Shown here piece after piece: positions 13,131-25,339 of a stretch of 64,000 bases of DNA (the stretch's first letter is position 1; every line of letters starts with the position of its first letter). Origin of the DNA: the human T2T-CHM13v2.0 reference genome, Homo sapiens; the NCBI RefSeq assembly GCF_009914755.1, contig NC_060929.1. One strand, given 5' to 3'. The position numbers and the translations under genes were made by a program. Below the pieces are notes generated by a model. That model did no database searches. It was not told the DNA's origin and saw only the letters and a program-made list of their open reading frames with translations.

Positions 13131-15433
13131 AAAAGATAGCTATCAAACTATCAAATATCAGAGACAATTTGTCAATGCCAAAATTCTCTTGATTTGTAAA
13201 AGCTAGGCTTATATGAAAGAACAATGATTTGTAATTTTATAAAAAGTTTGGCTTTTTCTATCAAGAACAAGTCCTGAAAAACAAAGAATATGAAGTTCTT
13301 ATGCTGAACCCTGGAGTTAAGAATAAATGGTGTCACAAGATCTTGATTTGAGGTAATGAGCTGACACACAGGAAAAGGAAAATCTAAACATAATTCCCTT
13401 ATGTTTTAAGGGAATCTAAGAACATATCTGTGTATTGATATCCGCAGTTTGGCTCAGGAAACAATCAACCTAGTAAATATTTCACAAAAATGTGGTGCCT
13501 AGGTTTGTACATTAACAAATATATTTTAAAAAGCATTTGGGTTAATGAGCAGAACATTCTTATAATGTTTTTTGGCTTTAGAGAAAATTTTAGAGATAAT
13601 TTAAATGTTACAGAAAATTTTCCAAAAATCATCCTTGAGCTGCATCCCCACTGTCACCTATTTAGTCAAAGAGACTGTAAGCATGTTGTTGGATCCAAAG
13701 AGCGTAGGGTTTAGACAAGAAGTAAACAAATTATTTGGATTTCATGAAGAGGGGTTATAGAAAGTGTATACTAATATGTTGCAAAAGCCACAAAAGTCAA
13801 CTCAAAGTATTACTCCAAAAACTTCTGCTGCTCGGGAGGACAGAGGATGACACTCAGACAAGATTCCCTTTCTCCAAAGTCAGGGCAATTTGTAACTACC
13901 ACTGCTATGTTTGTGCTTAGACGGCTGTAAATGCAATAGGGAATGGGTGCAGTCTTAAACAATGCTTAGCAATCATAAGATAAATAAAAATTGACTGAGT
14001 TTCCCAGAACTCTGAAATCAGTGGAAACAGTACCCCAAAAGCTAAGTGAATTTCATTGCAGACCCACTTTGTGATTGTCAAAAATTTTTTTAAAAATACA
14101 GTTGGTATTATTAGAAAATAAGTCTCATTTCATAGTTTAAAATTAGGCATATTCAATGTCTGAAAAATCTGATAGAAATTTATACCTGTTTGCTCATGGA
14201 GAGAAATGCTGGTGCCTAAGTTTTTTTTTAATTCACATGTGCATTTCCTACTTAAAGTTGAGCTGAAAGACTTTTAATACAAATTCTTGATATCATTCTG
14301 GTTAAGACACTAAAAGCTTGGAAACAACTGTTCTATTTTCCTAAAAAAAGGAAATAATTTTTCGACTTCTTCATTCATCTATAGAGTTAAAATAAAAAGA
14401 TATTGGTAGGAAATTTAAAATGTACATATTTAGCTTTTTATTTTTCTTCCAAAAACTCTATCAAACTTATTAAAATTGTAAATAAAATAACAGCCAAAAA
14501 CAAATTATAAACACATTGATCCCTTTCCATAGGCATTTATACACCAGCTGTTATTAATATTAATGGCTGTGTATTTATCATAAGCATGATCACTTTTTAA
14601 AATTTGACAGCAAATATGGGTATTAAAATGTCATGTTCTGTAACAATTCATTGTAAGCTTTTTATTTATTCCCTCTGAATTATGCCAAGATTCATTACAA
14701 AATCATTTGTTGAAATCCTGTAAGTCTGTTTTACCCCCACTCTCTTTCTTTTTCAGATGATCTCCTCTAGATGTGAGTGGTCAAGGGAATATTGACTCTA
14801 TGCATTGACACTTAAATTGTGGCTTCTGGGTCAGTGCTCTGACTGAACCTGTCTTTCTTAATTATCATCTAGCAACCAGATGCCAAATGTATTTCCTGCT
14901 TCAGGCTGTATAGCTTTATTTCAGGGACCTCTGAGTCTTTTAAAAAAAATCATCAATTAAGATTGCTTTTGTCTAAATGGAAAAAACTCTCTCATATTAC
15001 TTCTCTCTTTTAAAACAAAAAACAATTTCCATAAGCTCTTCAAGTAAGTTTAGTGAGTCCTGTATAAGAGAAAAAGTATTCTTTAGTTCTTTATTTTAGG
15101 GATGTCTCTTTAGATTTTTATAAATGTAGAGCCATTTAATGTAATATTAATATGTCATTCTGTGTTAGACTGAATATATACTGTTAGATAACTAGTTCTG
15201 CTGACTATGTGTAATTTAACTACACTACAAAATCTGTGGGATGCCAAAATAATGCAATTTTTAAAATTATAATTGGAATGTGTTATGTTCTCAGTTCTCA
15301 GAACAATGATTGTCATATGAACAGATTTATATAGTGCCATTTTCTGTTTCATTATAGTCTTTGCCATAAGAATGAGGTGGTAGAATTTTAATGTCTCATA
15401 CATTCTGTCGATTACAGTCTTCTAATATACAGC

Positions 15434-15565
15434 TTTGACCTTTTCAATGTTCTATGATTTGATTGGCTACTCATTGCATTTTTCCCTTGCTTTCTGTCCC
15501 ACTAACCTGTAGGGAGGATATAGAATGGACAGCCAATTGAAGTGTAGAATATTGAAAAGGTCAAA
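15434..15565. repeat. Long imperfect inverted repeat (hairpin)
   Basis: tttgaccttttcaatgttcta (15434-15454) vs tagaatattgaaaaggtcaaa (15545-15565), 20/21 complementary; pairing continues inward to about 55 bp. Confidence 0.9.
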
Positions 15566-15789
15566 ACACTACAATATGTTATCTCCACTCAGAATACATC
15601 ACATACTAACCAGATTTTGTAGTTGCTCTACACGGACAAGGAGAAGAGTGGTTGCTGTGGGGGGAGTGAGCAATAAGATAATCACTCCACAGTTCAGTCG
15701 ACAAATTGCAAAAGTCATGTTTTCCTGAATGTCTTAGTCATTTTCAAAATTAAAGTGAAAGCCCATTTCAAAAGTGAATACAAATTATA

Positions 15790-16135
15790 CAGGTTGAGTA
15801 TCATTTATCTGAAATGTTGGGGACTAGAAGCATTTTGGATTTTGTTATATTTTAGAATATTTGCATATACAAAATGAGATATGGGGATAAGGCCAAGTCT
15901 AAAGAAGAAATTCATTTATGTTTTTATGTACACCTTATATACATAGCCTGAAGGTAATTTTGTACAATATTTTAATTACTTTATGCATGAACATGGTTTT
16001 TGAACATTGAATCATCAGAAAACAAAGGTATCAGATGTAGAATTTTCTACCTGTGCCGTCATGTAGACATTCAAAATGTTTCAAATTTTGGAGAATACCA
16101 AACTTTGGATTTTCAGTTTAAAGGTGCTCAATCTG
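15790..16135 (+). mobile_element. Tigger4b/MER46 (TcMar) MITE
   Basis: TIRs caggttgagtatc / gtgctcaatctg with TA on both sides. Confidence 0.85.
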
Positions 16136-17914
16136 TATTTAGTCTTGAGAGTTAAATCAACCTCTTCAGAATCTGTTAAAGGATCTTTGCCTATATAGCT
16201 GAATAGATGCAAAGAAACCATCATTTCCGACACTCTTCATGCATTTTTGATAGTATATAACATTTTCTTTATTCTGGTATTTCATTGAAGTTGACTAGCT
16301 CTTGTGATTTTATCTTTTTTAAGAATGATATAAAAATAATACAGCAGCTATTACATATTTTAAAAAATTGATATTTCTTTTTAGAACTTCTTTACTATCA
16401 GAATTCTGAATTCTAAACTTTAAAAAGATAAATAATTACATATGATTGTGGTAAAAACTGATTGTTGATCTGTTATATCTTGGTGGCATTGGAACCCATG
16501 TGCCTTTTGCTACTCACTTATGATTTTGATTTTACTCACTCAATATCCCTAAGAGGTAAGTTGATTTTACATTAATAACTATGACCAAGACTTATGTACT
16601 CTCACATCAAAAACAAAACCAATATCAGCTTTAGAATCTGCATTCTCCAAATAAATTTCGCCGGTCTTTACTTTTAGTCTAATTTAATTCTTTTTTTAGT
16701 CAACTTGTTTGGACTGTCGTAAATTACTCTGCTCATTAGAATCTTGTAATAGATAAAAAAATCAATTATTCTAAAATACTTTACTTAAAACCTAGTAACA
16801 CCCAGTGTTAAACAATCTAGACCAAAATTTGACAGCAATGGCCTTACCTCGATTTAATTTGAATATCTGTTCTAGCCAAATAAGCATTCAAGCAGAAAGC
16901 ATTAATCTCCCACTTTCTTAGTGTACTCTATCGTTTAACATCTTATCTTTTAAATACCTAGAAGAAAGATATTTACAACGTATACGGACCTATTTGTCTC
17001 TCCATTTGGTTGTTCTCTTCATTAGTCTTACTGTCTATGTTTGACGAATTATTACTTACTACACAATAAAGGAATTTTGTATAGTATAAACATTCCTATA
17101 CCATATTTTTCACTATTTCAGAAAATTGTATTTAAAATTAAACACTGTTGCTAACTCTAGGAGACTTGTGTGTTTCAAAAAACAACATTAGGTCTTATCC
17201 CTCTAGGAATACCTATATAATTAACCTATTTCATCACAGAGACCAAGTTTTACAGTAAGTTTCTATGCATGCACTTATATTTCTAAGTTGTAAGGGTAAC
17301 AGTTTAGAGTGAGGAAAATACTAATCAATCAACAAAAGTATGTTCTATCATAATCTACATTTGTAAGATATTAACTGATATAAAACATTAAATTTCAAGA
17401 GAGAATATTGGAAAATGGAGTAAATCAGAGAAACAATAAATGGAGGTGCATCATAAATTGAGTACTGAAGAATAACAGATGAAATTAAAAAGAAAAATGG
17501 CTCATGTACAGTGAAAGAAAACTAAAACACATAAAAATGAGGTATTGCAAGGCCAGCAACTAATAAAGCAATAATAAGGGGTGGTAAGTAGTAGTAGGAA
17601 ATAGTGTGAGAAAAATAATTTAGAACAAGATTAAGGTGTGAGAATAAGAAGTGGGTGTCCATTTTATAAGCAATTGGAATTACATGCATGGCATAATTAT
17701 TAGTGTGCAATATTTCTTAAGAGGTTGATTTTACAGTATAGGTATGAAGTAAACAATGTTTTAATTGTCTGGCAAATGTGAACTGGAGAGACAGTGACAA
17801 TATACAACTAATGCAAAAAAAAAAAAAAAAAAAAAGAAAGGCAAAGTAAAAACTGATGATTGGAATGTTATGCAAACCGAGGAAGCCTGAAAATGGACTC
17901 ACTAGAATTGAGGG

Positions 17915-18519
17915 TGTGAACAAAACGTCTCTGAAAGGAGTTTTAGAGCAAATATAATTTATTCCAGTGAACAGTCCAGTCTTAAAACCCAGGACACACC
18001 ACCACCTTGGGTTAAATGAAAGAGTGTTGCAGAGAACAAAGAGAGGGTTCTCATTTTATAGCACAATATCACCCCACCAAGCCCAGGTTCCCAACCAGGT
18101 TTGTTTATGCAGATTAAGGATGGAAGCTCATTTCTGATTGGCGAGTGCGGCTAAGTTCTGATTGGTCAATGCAACTGATCCCTGATTGGTTGATACAGCT
18201 GAGCCCTGATTGGCTGGTAAGGTGAGCTCTGTTTGTTTTCCAAGCCCAAAACCAGAAGTTTCTGTCAGATATTTCTTTCAAACTGCTGGTGCGTAGATGG
18301 TTTCTGGCCATAGTTTATCTTGGTACCCACAACAGAAAGTAGTTTGACTTGATTGTAGGCAGGTAGGTCTTGTGATACTTTTACAACATCTTTCAGAGAA
18401 CTCAAGAGTGTGTGACTGACTTCCTTCATGCAAGGATGGCCACCTAGTTCTATTTGAACTTTGACCACCTCAATTTGCCACTGGAAGTTCATTCTGTCAG
18501 CCCACAGCATACTTTAACA
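17915..18519 (-). mobile_element. MER67 solo LTR (second copy)
   Basis: Reverse-complement similarity to 11374-12209: tgtgaacaaa...ctgattgg x4...ttccaagcccaaaaccaga...tttaaca. Confidence 0.88.
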
Positions 18520-18611
18520 ATAAAGAAAGAAACGTAGCAAGAATAACAGATATTGGAATGCAAGAATAAGAAGATTTGCATTAAACATTGTTTGGCAAAA
18601 ACTGCCTCATT

Positions 18612-19090
18612 CTTTAATTCATTCATTTAGAAAATAGGTGGCTGGTGACTCTCTTTGTGCCAAACAGTGCCAGAAAAGCCAATGGACAATGGAAAGATTA
18701 GGCACAACACAGGAGAAGTGGATCATGAACTCTATCTCCAGGCTTCTGAAGAAAAATTCCTGTTCCCATGGAATGTGTCTTTTCAGTGGGGGGGAAAACT
18801 AACACTAAGCAGCTACAGAAGCAAAGCCATATTTAATGTAATACCAAATTAGGACAAATGCCTAGAAGAAAAATGAGAGCATGAATGAATGATGGGTGGT
18901 TATTATTTTAGATAAAGTGACCATGGACAAGTTCTCTGAAGCACTCCTATTCTAACAGAGACTGGAAATGTGCAGAGCAGTAATAATGTAAAGATCTAGA
19001 TCAGGATAATATGGGAAGAATTAAAAGCAAATAGAATGGCCATGGGCCAGAATGAGTTTGATGTGAAGAAGAAACAGCAAGAGGGCTTGT
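18612..19090 (-). mobile_element. L2 3' fragment
   Basis: ttcattcattt tail, tgtgccaaacagtg, gaagaaacagcaagagggc. Confidence 0.65.
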
Positions 19091-19972
19091 AAAACGACCA
19101 TTATGCTGCCAAGAAAATATATAATAAAAATTTAAACTAACATTAACATCATGGAAAAATAAAACAACACAATTTTTGGCTTTATGTTAAAATAACTATG
19201 TTAACTTTTATATACTGAAATAAAAGTGTTAAGCAATTTCTAAGATATTTTTGTGACATTATAAATTCTATAAATATCGCCATACCAATTTTTGCTTATT
19301 GGAATGTATTCTTTATTTTTTTACAAATATGTAGATATTTCATATTCCTCTTAGGTTTTTGAAACTAGAAATTAGTGTGATTTGTTGGTAATCTAGGAAT
19401 TTTCGTTCTGAGGCTTCTGTCACTGTGAAGGAAACTTTCTCATTTTTTATAATCTGTTATTGGGTGCCCTCATCCCCTCAAAAAGTCAAGTGCTGTCATT
19501 AATAATACATTATAATCTTCCTACAATATCCCATAGTCACATAGGCAATATAAGTAAAATAATATAGTTAAAAGAAAAATGATTTATGAGAAATAGTATG
19601 GAATCTCTATTGTTCCTTGAGAGTGTCATTTCTCTCTCTCTCCTACCCCTATTCATCTATTTTCTAAGATAATTTTAAAAACTCGACTTTCCCTTTCAAA
19701 AATGGATTTCTTGACCCAACTAAAAATGTAATTTGATTTTTTATTTAATTAGCCAGTGTCCCAAGTGACACAATTGGATAATGTTATCACAAAGGCTAAT
19801 TTATATCTTTAATATAAAAGATATTTGTGACACACAGACCCACTTTACTTTTCCACAGCATATCAGTTTCTTCTAGCTTATTTATTTTGGTTAATAACAT
19901 CATAATACACCAATTTTTAAATCTTATTGGGCTTTGTACCCAAATTCCCCTCAGATTCTTCTGCCCCAAGCA

Positions 19973-20310
19973 CAGGCTAACTATCCCATATCCAAAATTA
20001 TTGGAACGAGAACTGTCTTAGATTTTGATTTTTTTCAAATTTTGGAATATTTGAATATATATAATGAGATATCTTGGGGATGAGGCCCAAGTCTAAACAT
20101 GAAATTCATTTATGTTTCCTACACACCTTATACACATAGCCTGAAGGTGATTTTACACATTATTTTAAATAATTGTGTGCCAGTGACAAAGTTTTTGTTA
20201 AGTACTTGTGTGTGGAATTCTCCACTTATGGCATTATGTTGATGCTCAAAAACCTTTGGATTTTGGAGCATTTTAGCTTTCAAATTTTTGTATTGGTGAT
20301 GCTCAACCTA
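19973..20310 (+). mobile_element. Tigger4b/MER46 MITE (second copy)
   Basis: Colinear with 15790-16135 (ccaagtctaaa, catagcctgaaggt); TIR gatgctcaacct. Confidence 0.85.
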
Positions 20311-21139
20311 AGTATCTTTTTATAATTAAAAGAATATTAAGTAATACAAGCTTTATTGGCTTTCCATTTTCTAATAAATTTGTTGCAAATTTTAGACTTG
20401 TAAACAATGCTTGTCATAATCAGGTTCTACTATGTGATTATTCCAGAAGCTCTTTATTTATATAATATATTTCAAACAAGATGAATGGATTGCCATTCGT
20501 AAAACTTTGTGATGCTCTTCCTATATCTTTGCTCTAATAAAATATGAATTCTTCTTCATTTTATACAATATAGTCCATCTTCCAGTAAATCTAATCTAAT
20601 AACCCCAGAAAAGATATTCCTTTGTACTCTGAAATTTAAGAAAGCTTTGTATCATTTATGGTTTTTACCATAAAGGTAAATGTGGTAGTACCGCACTCCT
20701 AAACCAGAATGAAAGAGCTTCATTTTGAATTTTGGGAATCTTATTTATTAACTCTTTGACTTTAGTCAAAGTATTTACTAACTTTTTTTTTTTTTTGGAC
20801 AACATGGAGATTTATTTACTGTTACTATTATATTTTACAGTGGTGATAGTATCAAAAGTTAAACACTTTCTGAAACAACGAATGAAAAATAAGGAAAACT
20901 ACCAATTTATTATTCCAGAAGCTATACAGTCTTTAGATATCTTTTGACTTACATTCCCTTTTGCTCTGCTCATCAGAGACATATCTTTCTTTCTAATATC
21001 TCAATTGTTTAACACATGCCCGCTTACCAGTTGTCTGTTATGGTTGATGAAAATTTATGGTTCTAAGTGTGTTTTTATAGAAATTAGGAAAACATTGCAA
21101 ATCATGAATTCTATTGATTCAAAAACATTTTAAAAACCT

Positions 21140-21350
21140 GAAGTAGAAGTCTAGCTCCAGTTATATGATATTGTCAGGTCAGTATCTTCTTTGTACTCTA
21201 ATTTTCTCTTTCATAAAATGAGACTTGTAAAACATTTACCTTAGTTTCTCAAAGAGTCATTATAAAAAAAAACAAATGAGGAGATGTATGTGAAAATCTT
21301 TTCCCAAAGTAAAAATTGTTATGTAAATGTAGCAGAATATTATTGTTATC
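21140..21350 (+). mobile_element. MIR/MIR3
   Basis: ttttctctttcataaaatgag...aaatgaggagatgtatgtgaaa...aaatgtag. Confidence 0.6.
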
Positions 21351-21757
21351 CCCATCATTATTAGTGCTGATGATAGCAGATGACTTCAGCACTGCACAGA
21401 TGCATAAAACAGTTTGATGCAACTTTTCTCCAGTCTGCCAGGTGATAAATATGAAGTATGCCCTCCTGTGTGTAACATACTGACATCCTTTTTATTTTTA
21501 TTTTTTTATTTTATTTGTTTTTAAAAGTGACACCAAATTTGCTCTAACTTTCAAGCCTCAATGTCTAAAACTGCTTAAACCTGTTAAACCTGGCTTAACG
21601 AACTGTTGTCAAATTTATCAGCAAAATAACAATTGGAAACTAAATTTTTGGCAAAATGTTTTGGTGATTCTTTTGAACATGTTATTTGGTAAATTGTTTA
21701 TTTGGTAATTTGCTTTCTATTAGCTAGTTTTTTTTGAATAAACTGATCTTAAGCAAG

Positions 21758-22155
21758 TATTTTAGTTTTTTAGGGCTGCCATAAATATACCACAGACGGT
21801 ATGGCTTTAAACAACATAAATTTATTTTCTCACAGTTTAAGATCAAAATATTGTAGGTTTGATTTCTTCTGAGGGTTTTCCTCTTGGCTTGCACATGGCC
21901 CCCTTCTTGCTGTGTGCTTACATAATCACCTTTCTGTATGCAAGTACAAGTGCCCCTGGTGTCTCTTGAGTGTCTTAATTTCCCCTTTTTAGAGGGATAG
22001 CAGTTAGATTGGATAAGGACCCTTCTAATTACCTCATTTTAATGTAATCATTAGTGCAAAGGCCCTATCTCCAATTACAGTCACATACTGAGGTACTGGG
22101 ATTTAGGCATTCAACATACATATGAGTGGTCAGTGACAAAATTCAACCAATAACA
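21758..22155 (-). mobile_element. MLT1B-like solo LTR
   Basis: tagggctgccataa...ggccctatctccaattacagtcacatactgaggtactggg...ataaca; TSD gcaag/gtaag. Confidence 0.85.
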
Positions 22156-22296
22156 GTAAGTTTACTTAAAAAGAGTTAAAGTGAACCTGTATTTACTAGG
22201 CTTGAAAAATAACCAGTGCTGGATATTATCATTAGTGATGATGATGTAGAATGAGTAACTTCTGCATTTTCAGCACTCAAAAAATACATATACAGT

Positions 22297-22421
22297 TGCC
22301 GGGCCCAGTAATGCTCTCCCATAGTCTCAGCTACATGGTAGGCTGGAGTATAAGAATCCCTTGAGCCCAGGAGTTTAAGACCAGCCTGGGCTATGCAGTA
22401 AGACCCCTTCTCTAATTAAAA
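22297..22421 (+). mobile_element. FLAM (free Alu monomer)
   Basis: gccgggc...cttgagcccaggagtttaagaccagcctggg...gacccc. Confidence 0.75.
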
Positions 22422-22584
22422 TATATATGTATACACACACACACACATGCATACAGATATTCCTTTAACTCTAGAAAATAACTTTTGCATAAGTGACATC
22501 AGATGCTGTTTCACAGAAATTATTTGACTATGTTTCATCACTGAATGATTGTACTTGGTCCATGTACAAAAGATATCAGAGCTA

Positions 22585-23275
22585 TAGTAGTTCCCCCTTA
22601 TCTGCAGGGAAGATATTCCAAGACGCCCAGTAGATGCCCAAAACCGAAGATAGGACTAAATTATATATGTATTTTTTTCTTATACATACATAACAATAAT
22701 AAATAAATAATTTATAATAAGTAAATAATTAAATAATAAATAATTTACAAATTAGGCACAGTAAGAGACAACTTATAGAACAATTATAACATTTACTTTA
22801 ATAAAATTTATGTGACTGTGGTCTCTCTTAAACTATCTCATTGTACTGTACTCACCCTTCATCTTGTGATTATATGATATGATAAAATATCTACGTGATG
22901 AGATGAAGTGAGGTGAATGACTTAGGCATTGTGATGTAGTGTTAAGGTACTATTGACCTTCTGACAATATGTCAGAAGAAGGATCATTTGCTTTGGGTAA
23001 TCCTGGATCACCAAGCCACGATGATGTCTGTAGCTAAATGTCGGGAGCAGCAGAAGATATGCATAGCTAATGGGTGGATATGTTGGATGAAGATATGATT
23101 CACCACAACCCCCAGGCTGGATAAAGTATGTTGGCATGAGATTTCACCATGTTACTTAGAATGGCACAAGTTATGGATTTTTTTCTAGAATTTCTATTTA
23201 ACATTTTAAGACAGCAGTTGACTGTGAGTAACTGAAATCATGGAAAGTAAAACCATGAATAAATGGGGACTACTG
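22585..23275 (+). mobile_element. MER44 (Tigger7-derived)
   Basis: TIRs agtagttcccccttatc / aataaatggggactactg; internal aattaggcacagtaagaga. Confidence 0.85.
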
Positions 23276-23571
23276 TGTAGAAGATAAGTCTGATGAACAA
23301 ACTGTGTTTAACTTATTATTTTAGTATTGATGCCAGAAGTGGTAGATTAGGCATTGGAATAATTTAATACTATGTATAGAAACACAAGGAATATAAGACA
23401 ATAAATCTAGAATAAAATCTCATTAGTATGGAATATGTGTCAGTGTAAGCTATATTTCTGTATATATTTGTATTTTGAATGGGTTCTGTTCAATATGCAA
23501 ATTAGAAAATGTATTTTTGAAATTAGTGTGTCTGTGTTTTGGGTGGATCGAGTAAAACTTAGAGCAGACCC

Positions 23572-23707
23572 GGCTGGGCGCAGTGGCTCACGCCTGTAAT
23601 CCCAACACTTTGGAAGACCAAGGTGGGCAGATCACGAGGTCAGGCGCTCTAGACCAGCCTGGCCAATATGGTGAAACCCCATATCCACTAAAAAATACAA
23701 AAATTAA
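23572..23707 (+). mobile_element. AluS left arm only
   Basis: ggctgggcgcagtggctcacgcctgtaatccc...gatcacgaggtcagg...aaaaatacaaaaatta then non-Alu. Confidence 0.92.
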
Positions 23708-23904
23708 TGTAAGTCATATTGAAATAATAAGCACATGGACTGTAATTTATTTTACTGCATAATGACACAACAGCTACATCTATTTATATCAATGATATTT
23801 AAGCAAATATTAAAAGCATCAGTTCCGCATTGTCACAGGTAACCAAAACAAGAAATGATTAACTTATACAATGTAAAGCACATAAATCTACCACTCAATA
23901 TTAA

Positions 23905-23975
23905 TTTAAACTTGGCCATATTAATCTTTCTGAGCCTTTGTGTCTTCATGTGTCAAATGAGGATAATAAGTGGAC
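23905..23975 (+). mobile_element. MIR core fragment
   Basis: cttggccatattaatctttctgagcctttgtgtcttcatgtgtcaaatgaggataata. Confidence 0.55.
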
Positions 23976-24300
23976 AACTGGTAAAATACTCACTACAGCA
24001 CTACATTGGAAGTTTGCATAAAAAGTCTGTGCTTCCTAGCGAGTTTTGAGGTCAGCTGTTCTGAGCAGACATTTGAACTCACTTGTGAATGGCATGACAT
24101 TCTAGGAGACAGAGTTGTGAGATAAATTTTCTGAAAAGCCATTACAGGATCAGGATAGCTTTCAGACTTGGTAGAGTTATGGAAGAGATGTGACATAAAT
24201 AATTAAGTGAGGTCGAAAGATTAAAACATGTATTTTCTTTTTAAAATGCTCCTCTCCCCTTTTTCTCCAAGAAATTTTACATATACTTGAGTTTAAAAAG

Positions 24301-24365
24301 TATATATACATACACACACACACACACACACACACATACACACATATACACACAGACACACATAC
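24301..24365. repeat. (TA)/(CA)n compound microsatellite
   Basis: Seen directly. Confidence 0.95.
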
Positions 24366-24554
24366 CTATTAAAGTATATATGCCAGCTAAATACCAATGG
24401 AGATAAAATAAGACTGTTTTCATTGTTACGGGTTTTAGGAGATGTGAATCTTTATGGAAAAGAGGTGTTAGGTTTAGCAACTTGGTTGATTCAACTTGGT
24501 TTCCCTCATGTTCATTCAGCAAATATTACCTGTGTTGGAGGTATATTGCTGGAT

Positions 24555-25330
24555 TTTCTTTTTACTTTTATTTTGACATAACATTAGAATTACAGAGGAT
24601 TTGTAAAAGAGTACAGGAGACGATTTGTAACGAGTTCAGTGATTTCCCATTTACTCTTTAACCATCTTGCTCTTATATGTTAACATCTCACATAATTATA
24701 GCACATTTATCAAAACTAGCAAATTAAACTTGTACGGTATTACTAATTCAATTGCAGAACATATCTGCATGTCATCAGTTATTCCACTGATGCGTCTTTT
24801 CTCTTCAAAGATCAAATCCAGCCTCCTACATTCCATTTAGTTGTCATGTCTTTTTAGTCTTTTCCAATATTTGATAGTTCCTAAGTCATTCCTTGTCTTT
24901 CATGACCTTGACAATTTAGAAAAGTACTGCACAGCTATTTGTAGAATTTTTCCATTTAAATTTGTATAGTATGTTATATTATTAGAATGAGTTTGTGCAT
25001 TTTTGGTAATAGCACAGAGGTCATGTGACCTTATTGCGTTAAATCAAGGGTTACATTATATAATTAGGACTTATTATTGGTTATGTTCATTTTGATCACT
25101 TGGATAATATGGTGTCTATCAGGATTCTTCACCCTAAAGATTTATTTTTTTTTCCTTCTGCATTTACTAAAAATTTTGGAAGATAGACATTGTGACTATG
25201 CAAGTGAATTGTTTCTGCTTAACTTTCATCCACTAATTTTAGCATCCACTGGTTGATCTTGACTATAGCAATTATTACTCATGTTTTAATAGTGACTTTC
25301 TAATTCCCTTATTGCTTCTACATTAATTTT
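24555..25330 (-). mobile_element. L1MC-type 3' end
   Basis: catttatcaaaactag...atttagttgtcatgtctttttagtc...catgaccttgaca. Confidence 0.7.
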
Positions 25331-25339
25331 AAAATCATG

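Noticed and set aside
17815-17835. Poly-A run as tail of a processed pseudogene
   Set aside because: No upstream polyadenylation signal, TSD or recognisable transcript
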